Source: Bugula neritina
Lineage: Eukaryota > Animalia > Bryozoa
NCBI GenBank assembly: GCA_964035545.1
Contig: OZ037767.1
Location: 2,491,680 to 2,555,679 of the forward strand
Direction of reading: 5' to 3'
DNA length: 64,000 nucleotides
Each line of letters begins with the position of its first letter. Position 1 is the stretch's first letter. Shown here one piece after another: positions 13,301 to 25,200 of the stretch. The notes under the pieces are model-generated. The model was given only the letters and a program-made list of their open reading frames with translations. It had not been told where the DNA came from and ran no database searches. Made by a program: the position numbers and the translations under genes.

Positions 13301-13838
13301 GTGATCAGATTATAAAACTCAACCAAAAAAGGGGTGTGTACCAACTCTAAAATATCACCACTATAACTTATATAAAACTCTACATTTTCAAATGCAAATG
13401 AATTATTAGGCCAATCAGATACAATCATTAGCTGGTCATGTAGAGTCCAGCCAATCAGAATTGTATAAAGTTGCAGCCAGCCAGCGTGCTACTCATCTGC
13501 CAAAAACAACCAGCCCATTTACCACTATGTCGATGAAAATGTCATTAAATGTGTTTTGCCAAAACAGCTGGGGTTGTGGTCAAACTGCTCCAGGGTAATT
13601 TTTCAGGAATACATTCTTTAAATGCATTTTTTAAGCACTTAATTTAAACATTTTGAAAAATGAACTCATGATTCATAAATTTAAGATATGAAATAAAATA
13701 ATGCATGTAATAAAAGTTGCACAGCTATTTCCTAGAAGTATGCATTTTGCATTTGAACTTGCAGAAGTTTATATAAGTTATAGTGGTGAGTATCTAGAAT
13801 TGGTTCAAGGTACTAAATGTACCAATCTTACATGGTCT
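10338..13838. mobile_element. Non-autonomous foldback-type DNA element with very long TIRs, termini AGACC...GGTCT, flanked by AT
   Basis: AT|AGACCATGTAAG at 10336-10349 and CTTACATGGTCT|AT at 13827-13840. No transposase ORF in the spacer. An AT target duplication would fit ISL2EU-like elements (inference). Confidence 0.55.
10373..10836. mobile_element. MITE nested in the left palindrome arm (mirror copy at ~13340-13803)
   Basis: CACCACTATAACTTATATAAA (10388-10408) pairs perfectly with TTTATATAAGTTATAGTGGTG (10800-10820), with imperfect extension on both sides. Confidence 0.75.
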
Positions 13839-15128
13839 ATTGTAGTGTCTGGTTTCAAGGATATAAAAGATAATTAGCAAATACTTCATTAATGATATCA
13901 CAAGAAGTAAAAATAGAAAGCATTCCACTATTAATATTTTTATCTGGTAGAAATTCCACTTCAGTGAAGTGAGTAATTACACTAAGTTTTCGGATATTGA
14001 AGCAAGAATATATGAAAGCATTTATAAACATATGCATTTAACTTTTAAGTCATCTAAAAGCACAAGTACTGCTTTTGGAATTTTTCACATCCATAAATTG
14101 TAAAGTGACCTCAATAGGTCAATAGTTCAAGGACAACTTTGCATGCATCATTTAATGCAGCAAATAAAAGAGATTAGAATCTATGGTGAATATTTGGAGC
14201 TAATATTTTGCACTGAGATATGCAAACCCCTACTTGAGAGTCAGTACATTGTTTTAGTTTGATTAATTGCTGAATTTGCCAACTCTGAGAATAATAAGTA
14301 ACAGGCTGTGATAAGAGCGAAGTAACACTGGAAGGGAGTCTACTCGAATCTCATATCCTATTGTTAACCATTGCATTAGCATTAATTGTACACCACAATA
14401 TCGTATGTTTCAGCTTCAATGCATAGCTTCAGAAAAATTAATTAAATTACAAATTTATGATTTGCCACTAGCTGTTTTAAATTTGCTTAAGTTTTGAGTT
14501 ATCTGTAATTTTAGAAGTTCTTTTTAAATTTAAATTGTATGAGTCTGTGCATACATATTCCAGTACAATTATAAACTCAATTACATTTTAATAATTTGCT
14601 CATAACTATAACGAATTAAAACGATATGTACTAAAGGGAAAATGTATAAGATATAAAAAAATCAGGACACACAATAATTCATTAAAATGATCGTCATTTT
14701 CTACTAAGATTATATAATGTATTTAGTCGCACAAATTAACAAGTATTTAAATCACCAAATTATGATAAATTTGCCAAATAAAACTGTATGAAATCATCAA
14801 GCAGTTAATGTATTGGCAAGCATTTGAAATAAACAGAGTTATCTCCCCTATTGAATGACAAAGTTAGACTGTAAACAGAAGGCAACATATAACAACATAC
14901 TTAATTAGATAGATCATTAAACTATTTACTCTATTTATTTATAGATTGTTTTGCTCATATTACTCAAATTAAATCCATTAAAAAATAGCAAATTTAGTTT
15001 ATGAATAAAATATTGTTATAGAAGTGATTCATGGCTTGTTGCCATGTCACGCTAGAACAATTTCTTATGAGGTTCATTACATCATCACTATTTGAATCTT
15101 ATTGGTGGAACCCAGCATCGTGTTGGTG

Positions 15129-15162
15129 TATATATAAACAGTACGGTAACATTTCCCAGTAT
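15129..15162 (+). promoter_or_regulatory. TATA box plus initiator-like element of the secreted Cys-rich gene
   Basis: TATATATAAA at 15129-15138 and CCAGT with its A at 15158 (27-29 nt downstream), 65-80 nt upstream of the candidate ATGs. Confidence 0.55.
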
Positions 15163-15237
15163 TATACTAGAAAGCTCACGCAAGTAGTTGTGATATTAAT
15201 TTTCTATCGGGGTATTTGAATAATGTTTAACTACAAA

Positions 15238-17321
15238 ATGCTAGCCTGGAAATTGCCTATTTTTATAATCGGCATGAGTCACTTCTATATAGCTGGTAAG
15301 TTAACCATATAATTGTATAAAGAAGAAGTAATTTTTAATTGATTTATATACAATTTGTTCAAGTAAGGTACTGCATACAGAAACTGTAACATAGGATCAA
15401 TATTCCAAATATTGACACTATGAAAAAATGGTGTTTTTAAGTTTATTTCTTAGAGTATACTTTAATATATCACCCTCAAAATAGTAACAGATATTTAAAA
15501 TCTTGTTAATCAACGTCAATTTCTGAGTTGCTAGTTTTGTGTTTTCAGCAAGGTTTATAGATATTGTCAACTGTTACTATGGTAGAGCTTGAAAATACGA
15601 TAATAAAATAATTTTAAATAAACATCTAAGAACCAAGAGGCTCAACTTGGCATATACTAGCAATTAAGCTATAGTAAAGTTATAAGCTTGTAGAATATCA
15701 ATATAATATGATGCATCAATAGTGTAAAAAGTCATGATTGCTTGACTGCTTTTAATTTACTTTGCAAGTTGGTTTGATTTGTTTGAAACTTTAAAGCAGT
15801 TTTCATACAATAGTAATGTACGTAATCGAATAAAGGATCTTTTTAAAAGGAAAAGCAAAATTAAGGTTTTTAAATCACTTTTAACCAACCTGTTTGCAGT
15901 TTTGCTTCAAACTTAAACGCAGGCATTTGGTAAAACAATATTTTTGTAATATTAGCCAATCCAACTCCAAGTGTCCCAGAATGCCCTGCTGGACTTCTAC
16001 CTCACACCGATCCCTTCGGCTGTGCCTTTACACATCTGTTCCTCACTATAGATGATAGCTGCCCAAACATTCCAAAGGACGAGAGGGACTGCAGGTAAAA
16101 GATTTATGAACCAACTAATAGCATAGGGAATAACTCCATGAGATACAAAACATTGTTCTCAGACTATAAGAACATTTGTTTTCAATTCTTTGTAGAGATC
16201 AAAAATGTGGGAACCCTGGAGTATATTGGGTATTAAAAGGCTCTGAAGAAAGAATTCCCAAGGAAATGTGTAAGCAGAGATTTCCGTTCTTTACTCTACA
16301 ATCTTAACATTTCAGTTCTTTACTTTACAAATATTTTAAATAGATTTGCCGATTCAGTTTTATAAGCTGATTATTATGTTTTAGGTTGCTCGGATAAGAT
16401 TGTATGCGAGGATCAATGTGCGGGTAAAACTTGTACCAATACTGCACTGAGAGAAGCTGGCGCTTATTGCAAGTAAGCTAGAAGCTAGAAATATTTGTAT
16501 TGTAGCTCTCCACCTAGCCAAAACATTGGTAGCAAATATCACTAAAAGCAGCACAGAGTTGGATATGACTAAGTACAGTATTTGCACGCACATCTTTATC
16601 TGAATCTCAAATCCCAACCACTGCACTTAGTGACCACCAACTCTGTGCTGCTTCAAGTGACATTTTTCTGCAGTATTACTAAAACATTCATCATAGCTTC
16701 TCTTTAGCATTTTTTCTGTAGCATTAAATAAATATAATTCTTTAGCATTTCTGTAGCAGCATCTTTTGCTTTACTATTTAATCCACCCGTACAGAACTCA
16801 GTCTAGCTACCATGCTCTGTGGCTATTACAATATTGCTTTAGCATCACATGATTATTAACCCATGATGGTAGATGAGTTAACTCAATGAACTTATCAGGG
16901 GAATGGTTTACCATTGAGTGGCAAACATGTAATTTTATAAGAAGAATGACCTGATGAATATATATTGGTTTGCAATGTACTAACACTATCTTAGATCCCT
17001 TTCCACTATCACCAAATGAACTGTCTTATTTTAGCTGTCTGTATTGGTAGATGACCTACTAAATATGTCCCAGGAGATAAATACTATGGACTCCTCTCTC
17101 AAACTGAGACTCTTAATAATTAAAAAGATTGCAATTCATCTTATTATTTATCTTGTATATTTTGATTGAATTGTAGAATGAACCCGTGTCATAATGAATG
17201 TAGAGTAGAGTGGTTTCTTGGAGTCTATGACGTATCGGTGGAGTGCGGAGGGAGCGCTCCAAACACAGGCGAGTATTACCCACCGGGATCTGAGTCTATT
17301 AGATTCGAGGCTCATGTATAA
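15238..17321 (+). CDS. Five-exon gene for a secreted 167-aa, 14-Cys protein (exons 15238-15295, 15956-16094, 16196-16269, 16385-16472, 17177-17321; alternative in-frame ATG at 15223)
   Basis: All introns are GT-AG with matching phases (1,2,1,2) and the joined 504-nt frame is open: MLAWKLPIFIIGMSHFYIAANPTPSVPECPAGLLPHTDPFGCAFTHLFLTIDDSCPNIPKDERDCRDQKCGNPGVYWVLKGSEERIPKEMCCSDKIVCEDQCAGKTCTNTALREAGAYCKMNPCHNECRVEWFLGVYDVSVECGGSAPNTGEYYPPGSESIRFEAHV*. Exon 1 is signal-peptide-like. AATAAA at ~17875. Confidence 0.85.
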
Positions 17322-18338
17322 CTTTCAGACAATCTAGTTTCAACATTGGAGCAATCTTTAATTAATACTGTGGTTTTAATTCATAGGAATCACTTGTGTG
17401 GTTATCTACAGCAACTGACGACTTTTAATGCTAAGTCCTGATTATATTTTTGCATGTTTTTCAATAGTGCATTTGAATTGCTTTATACGGTTTCCTTATA
17501 AATGTTATTTAAGTATTAATATTATTTTTGTAAAGTGCTACAGTATATATTTTATTTATTATTTTGATAGTCATAGAGTTCCGAGTTGATTTATTTTGAA
17601 AGAGCTTCAACACTTTTTTAATTGCATAATAACCGATTTTCTCCCTGTAACAGTATATGCATGATAGATATTACAATATTATATTGAAACTAGTTTGGTG
17701 TAAATATTGTATATAGGCTACCACAGACACATCAGTACAAAATTCAATCACAGATATTACTTCTCAAAGCAATATTTTTTATTTCTTCATTTATATAGTC
17801 ATGTGGTCAGTGTTGAGTAGATGAGTTTATTTGTATTCTTTTTGAATATAATTACAATGCTATAATACCTCTAAAATAAAATATAAAATCAATTCGAAAC
17901 TGAAAATTGTGTTAAGTAGGTTTAACATCTTCTGGCCCACCAGTGAGATCATACAATAAGTATATTCTTATGAATTTAACTGATGATTACGTGTTGCTGC
18001 AATGCCAAAGCTAGGATCACGTCACGATCTCATGCCAATGGTGGAGGGCGGGAACTTGCTGGGCGGTCAAGCGTGTAAACTAGTCATTTATCTGCATTTG
18101 TACCAGTCACTAAGTTGTGCTCACCCCTCGCATCAACATACTGCATAATCGCAATTTACTGGTACAATAATTCTTTTTTCTATGTTAGAAACGTGATAGC
18201 CCAGTATTACACTGGAATTACAAGTGAAGTGTTTCCTAATCAAAGCATTACAGTAGAGTGGTAACGAACTCTACCACTAGACTCAATGTGATCAGGCCTT
18301 GTAGGCAAAAATGGTACATCTATGGTTATCTTTCTACT

Positions 18339-18607
18339 GAAAGGAAGTTGAACGTTTTCCCATAATCCATCCCGATTTATGTTGTTTTTTTCAGCCTATA
18401 GCCTAGGTTTCTCACTTTTTCTTTGCAGTACAGTAGGGGTTAAAAGTACCCTGGCCCTAGCTGATAATAATTGACTACTCATAAGAACTTATGCTAGATA
18501 ATGCATTACATGATTTGTCATATTATAGAATATACTGCATTATATAATACCCGTATGTATTATCAGCACTTCTCAGTCTATCGTATTTTAGACTTCAATA
18601 TAAATGT
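18339..18607 (+). repeat. Dispersed repeat, copy 1 (direct repeat of 20701-20958)
   Basis: GAAGTTGAACG...CCCATAATCCATCCCGATTTAT...GACTTCAATATAAATGT is shared between the copies, roughly 90% identical by eye. Confidence 0.93.
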
Positions 18608-19246
18608 AGTTCTCTTATCCAACCCCAACTTGCGTAACCTCTGAATAGTGATTCTACCAAAATAATGCTGGTATGAGAGAATGATACATGCATAGTATCA
18701 ACTCTCCACTGGTTATAACCAAGTTGTTGTATGACTTTTCTAGCTGCTAGATATGGAACTACAGTCAAACTGAACAGAGCTGGATAGTTTTACCATGAAA
18801 ATACAACCCAGTACAGCCACAACAACTTATCATTACAAACAGAAATTTGATATTATTTAGTTTATTCTCAGCAACATAAGTATATAGACACTCTAATAAA
18901 ATGATTTGTAACAGCAAAATAAAATATAATGTAATGAATGGACGGAGAAATTTTGGACGTGTAAGAAAATTAAATAAAATACAATATAATAATATATTTA
19001 TAATATAATATAAATAGATGCAGCTTTTCCAATGGAACCCCGCAGTAAAGTAAAGGTTACATAATAATGGTACTAGACCAAGTTTATAGGACGGAAAAAT
19101 TTAACAAAAACTCTGCAAATGCAAGCTACTCATTGGGAATATCAAAAGTTTTGTGACACAGCATAGACCAATACACAGATATTGTAGCTTCATTTGAGCA
19201 ACAGAACACTATATATACTTTCTCAGAGTCTATCATAGCCTTAGGT

Positions 19247-22200
19247 CTATTCACTGAGTTGGCAGAGACAGGCAGCTCCCATGTTGATCCAATAGTCCTG
19301 AGGCTTGGCTGAAGGTAAATGTACAGCCACAACAAAGTTGGTAGAGTGACCTGAAAACATTAACATTATTACAATATTACTGCAATACAATAATATATTA
19401 CTGCAATACAATAATATATTGCTGTAATACAATAATATATTGCTGTAATACAATAATATATTACAGTAACAAAGACAATATGTTATTATAATACAGTAAT
19501 ACTGCAATATAATAATGTACTTGTATTAGAAATTTACCACAGCAATATCTTTGGTCTATATAATATAGTATACTATTGTAATGCAAAAGTATATTTGCAT
19601 TTTATACAATGATACAAAGAACAACATTGTATAGTATATCATGTTTAACCAGATTGTAGAATGTTTTCACTCTTTGGTAGGCAACAAGGGCTGTCATTAG
19701 TTTCTATATTATATCAATCATACAGTAATGACATGTCTAGTTTTAGAGGTTATTGTACACATAATAGCTACACTACATGGTGTTACCTACCAATACCATG
19801 CCTAGCTGCATATAGCTATACTACAACTAGAGTGTACACTTCAAAGTTCAATGACTTCCAAGTACCACGTTGTAGTAATTACAATTCACTATAAGGCAAC
19901 ACAACTGTTTCTAACATAATACAGTACTCCCTCCATATATCTCAATAAGCCTACAAGTCCCAAAACCTCAATTCGTGACATATAAAAATACCAAATTATA
20001 TAAATCATGGGTTTGTTAAATTCGGCCATGTTGTCCCTATACACTTATACATAAGCCACAAAACAGGGGTCCGATGGACCTAGGATATTTTATGAGATAT
20101 AGAAGCGTGAGATATGGAGGGAGCACTGTAATATACACCATAAATATATCATGTAGTAAATCACAATATGTGTTTACATTTGGTATAATATTATTCAATA
20201 TTACTTGTTTAGCATAAATGTAAACTTTGCCAACAACAATCCATCAACTTTGGCTTCCAAATTAAACATTGTTTAATCAAACAACTTTCTCTCAACTAAT
20301 CATTTTGGCAGAGGAGATTTCTAATTTATCAAATGGGATGGAACAGTCTTTTGTGAGTGTGTAGATCAAAGTGGCTCGGAAAATGAGGGCAGTGCAAATG
20401 TACTGGCAGAAATGGAGCCCAGCTTGTATTTGATGTTAGAAATTAATGGAATTACTTGCAGAACTGGTAATTAAATGGTAGTTAAGTTCAAAACTATGTG
20501 AACCCAGCTGCTCACAAGGAGTTGAAGATTGAAGCAAAGTTTATGATGTAATGCAGACAAACTAATCAGCTTTGCAGATAAATCAGATTCAACAAGACGT
20601 TGACATATAGATTAGTGTTATCAGAACTTTACTGTAGTTCGGCTTATATTCTGCGGAAATGAAATGAACTGAACTGAGCACACACCACCTCTTGAATACC
20701 GAAAAGAAGTTGAACGCTTTCCCATAATCCATCCCGATTTATATGTGGTTTTTTCAGCCTATAGCCTAGGTTTCTCACTTTTTCTTTGCAGTACAGTAGG
20801 GGTTCAAAGCACCCTGGCCCCAGTTGATAATAATTGACTACTCATAAGAATTTATGCTAGTTAATGCATCACATGATTTGTTACATTATATAATACCCGT
20901 ATGTATTAGGCCTACAGCACTTCTCAGTCTATCCTATTTTAGACTTCAATATAAATGTGTATAGTGTAGTATATAGTAGAGTATAGTGTAGTATATAGTA
21001 GAGTATAGTGTAGTATATAGTATAGTATAGTAGTGTGTTATAGTATATAGTATAGTGTAGTAGGCATAGTGTCGTATACTACACTATATATAGTGTAGTG
21101 TAGTGTAGAGTATAGTATAGTGTAGTGTAGTGTAGTATATAGTATAGTATAGTATAGTAGGTATAGCGTAGAGAGAATATAGCAGGGGGGATAATTACCA
21201 GTAGTAGAGAGCACGCCAGCTCTAAGTCCTGTCTTATAAAGAGGTGCGATATAGTCAGCCTCATCTGGCACAAAGTCCATCTTAGGCTCCATGTGTAACA
21301 TAACTAGAGGTGGATTCATCTCCCCTGGGTTAGAGTCGGCCAACACCATCTCATCAAAGTCCCACCTACAGACAGATACACCATGACTTTGCACTAACAG
21401 CGCTATGCTTTGAAACTTAATATCCTTAATGTAAAATGAGTTGAGTAATATAGAAAAAATATTGGAATGAAGGAAATAAAAAACAAATGTACCACAACTG
21501 TGATGGAATCACTATCAAATGAATGCCAGCATTCATGTCCCTTTATAATGAGTCAATACAAATAAGGGTTATGATTGTACATGTACTACGTCATGTAACA
21601 GTCATCAAGGCATCATGACAGCTGCTAGAAAAAGTCATTTATTTACTCCCTTCTCCCACATATTCCAGTAGGAATGCAACACAACTAGGCTTTATTATTA
21701 AACAATGAGTTAAATTTTCAGTTTCCCCCTCTACTACTAGGAACTAAGAAGAAGCCAAGTTTTGGATTTACAAGTTTAGGAAAGTTGCTGTTCAAATCCT
21801 TAGGCACGTTAAACTTGCTTTACATCTTGTGTTGTGAGGATTTAGCAAATACTTTGCAAATAATACAGCATTATGAGTAACGATTCCTGCTTTAGTCTAG
21901 GGAAAATTACATATGAAAACAGATAATCTGAATAAATCCCCTAAAAGACATCATATTCACCATCACAGAATGGTATATGCCTTATTTTACTTGCAAATTT
22001 TATTACTGGCTTAAATAAACATTGATCTTGATGTAGTATTAACTACAGCCTGTCAACTAATATGTATAACAATTGTGTAGAACCAAGAAATGGTATTGCT
22101 GTGTTAAGAGATCAACAAATTCAATTCCCGTCAGGTGCCAAATCCGGTATTTGGTGTCTCATTGCAAATCTTTGTTGAAATCTATTTTTAATAAAATTAA

Positions 22201-25200
22201 ATTCCAAAACCAGGTTACTAAATGAAGAGCTTGTATCATAAGATGCAGAGGCACATTAGGTGACAAGTTATGTAATTTAATGTGCGACGAATGAAAGGCA
22301 ATTTCATTAATTCTATTTCTGGCAGCCAATTTTAGAATCTGTATATATTACACTCAATATTTAAACACAGGTATCATGGAGTTAGTATTGGAAACCTAGA
22401 TAATTTCCAAAGTTAAACGGAAAGGGGCGCTAGTTCACTGCCCTAACCAGAAAAGCAGATATAAGCCCACAACCTACCTGCAGCCATCTAAGAATACTCC
22501 ATGAACTATGACCCCGTCCTCTGGTTTTTCCAGTTCTTTGTCCATCTCCAGCTCTTCGCCAAACTTAAGCTCCGCCATTGCCTTCTGCACGTCTGCTTGT
22601 TGGCGGAAATGTTTGAGAGGGTGGAACTCGAAGGTCAGGTGGTCTATGGGTAGGTTGTACTTCCTGGCATGGTTCTGTAGCGTCCCAGTCAGGAAACCTG
22701 GAGATAAATATGCAGCAGTTAGAATGTTAAACCTGCCAGCAATTCAAATAACATTACCTACATTATATTATTAGTCATGTACATTCAAATATACAAAACA
22801 ACAATGTTTTAAGAGAAAATTGCGGCTAATTTATGACTCACGGAACACGGTTAGCTTTACAAATAGCTATGATTTGAAAATCATTAGAAAAAATTACCTT
22901 GTGGGAAGAAAAATCCTGAAATCCAGAAAGACCTGGGAATTCCTCTGAGAATCCATTGGTATATAAAATCTAGACGTAGTATGAGATCCTGCACCCAAGA
23001 AGCCAGTGGCTTAAGGGAGGGGTACGCAGCATTCTCCCATTCTGTAGGCACTTGGTTGTTTAGGAATGCAGTGTAAATGAGTTCCAGGGAGTCACTCATC
23101 ACTACAAAACCTTTAATTGCCTTCAGCAGCTGGTCCAGGGAAGCCTAGAGTATAGCAGGAGAGGGTGTAGAGAGGGGGTACAGAGTCAAGGGGTGGAGAC
23201 AGCAGGGGGGTAATTATAAAAATAAAGTGTACAATTTATGCTGAACACGGAATTTGTTTAAAAAAATGATGTACAATATAGATATATTTAAAAAGATATT
23301 CAATGTAAAGTACGAATATTGTTATAGCATTAGAAATATTTCGACTACATGTTGGACTATAGAGCCCCGGATGTAGTGCAACTACTGTTAGAGTTAATAT
23401 CAGGTCTTGCATGCTAAATGTGAAAACCATTTAATCACATTTCAGGTTAAATATCAAATCTTATCAGACATTGAACTTAGTGTAATGGCTAACAGCAAAT
23501 GCAAATTATAATTTCCAATTTTTATGATGCGAGCCTAATTATTGGCTGATTGTTAATAAGATTAAGAGAAAATCTTAAGAGATTAAAACTACACAGAAAT
23601 AATAATTGTTAATTCTTCTCAACCACAACCAATTTGGAGGATAAAAACTGAACATATTGAATGTGGTAAGTACAGAGTAACACGGAACCTTCCACATTTG
23701 TTAAGATTTTCTACTTATTTAATAGAGGCCAATTCTAGAAAAAACATTTTATGAAATAATTCATTGGTAAACTAGAATCGTTATAGGTAGTGTTTCGAAA
23801 AGCTTTTTCAACAATTTAGTATGTTTAAATTAAAACCCATGGAGCCATCTTCTTCACTGGCTTTGGTGTTTGGCACAAAAAGTTTTAGAATTTAGCAAAA
23901 AAGAGAGAAAGTTAGGATGACTCGACTAATTCCAAGTCTACTGTGCATGCACCATGGGCAGTGCTATGTTTTTGTATAACTCACAATGTAGGCATGGAAT
24001 GTTATTTAGTGATAAAAACATGACACATTAGTAAATAATTAGTAAAACAGCAAAACAATCTAGATCAAAATCCTTCCATATGAAATTTTTTCAATATTAA
24101 TTATCTGACTGATTTAAGGGAAGAGAAGTATATTTAGCGAGTGGAGTGCGTGTGAAGACTCGTGAGGACTCGTGGTGGCTGGTGTTGCCTTGTGCATAGA
24201 TGTTGCAGATTAAACCCGCTAATAGATAAGAACTAGGAAACAGGTTAATGATGTGACGGATGAGATTGAGATTATGAGAAACATCAGCCAAATTTAATAG
24301 TGATTCATTGTTGTAATACTGCCACTACACCTTCTGGGAGGAAAGGATTATATATTAGACTAAAAATGGTAAAATCTGTAGCGAAAACAGAATGGTGAGT
24401 ATATATAGAGATGCATACCACATCACAGGGTGACTTTGCTAAACTAAGAAGTTGTTTTGATGAACTAAGTTATAATACTGAAGGTCAAAAATAAAATGCA
24501 GGCTGAGCAGTGTTTTTATATACAGCACCTGCAACTTTCAAACTTATTACAAAACAATTTCAACTCAATTAAACCTTTCAAAAAGCTGATTCATGATTGT
24601 CATATATAAACAAGAATTATTTAATTAAATTAAATGATGAGACTTTAAGAATGCAATATAAATATGCCATCTGTTAGCCATGTTATTCATACTAATTTCC
24701 CTCGAGTTGCCCTTAATGTCTCAAGCCGTACCTTAATGACGCGAAGAAGTTTGTTGTATCTGTCGGTTTCCTGCGTGAGAACCGTAGTTAGAGAGTTAAC
24801 TCTTCCCTTCTCGTCCGTCTCAAACATCTCGCTGTTGGCCTCCTCGATGTCCAACTTATCCATGAGCTTACTGAGCACGCTCTCCGCCAGTTCGTAAACA
24901 ATCTCATCGTTGGATTTGCCTCCCCCGGCAGAAGACAGTCTCGGCTGCATCTCGAGTATCGTGTTTACGAGGGCATTCGTCTCGGATATCTGAGAAATTG
25001 AAAATGTGTAGAAAAGTTTTATAACAAAACTACATCAGTATGTAAAGAGAAAATGAATCAATCCAAAAATACTTTTTCAGTAATAAAAGTTCAAAACTAT
25101 AATTTTATCTATTTTATATAACAAATCCAATCAATACATTAAATGAATTATGCTATGAACTTCCATTTTACAAGATATTGCATTGATCTCTAACCTGGAA

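Larger units (their letters stand above)
10108..14068. repeat. Large inverted repeat: outer arms 10108-10921 and 13255-14068 apparently identical; diverged inner arms to ~11880 and from ~12549; spacer ~670 bp
   Basis: Identical 60-aa ORFs at 10139(+) and 13855(-). The coordinate sum is 24176 at both ends of the outer arms, so there is no net indel. An inner anchor TACTAATGAGTTTTCAATACATGTTT at 11855-11880 is the exact reverse complement of 12549-12574. Confidence 0.97.

Noticed and set aside
10139-14037. Two identical 60-aa ORFs on opposite strands
   Set aside because: A by-product of the inverted duplication of AT-rich segment B; no coding features.
24120-24215. FSEWSAC (TSP1-like) on the plus strand inside a DNAH6 intron
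   Set aside because: Followed by a stop three codons later, with no splice context or partner exons.
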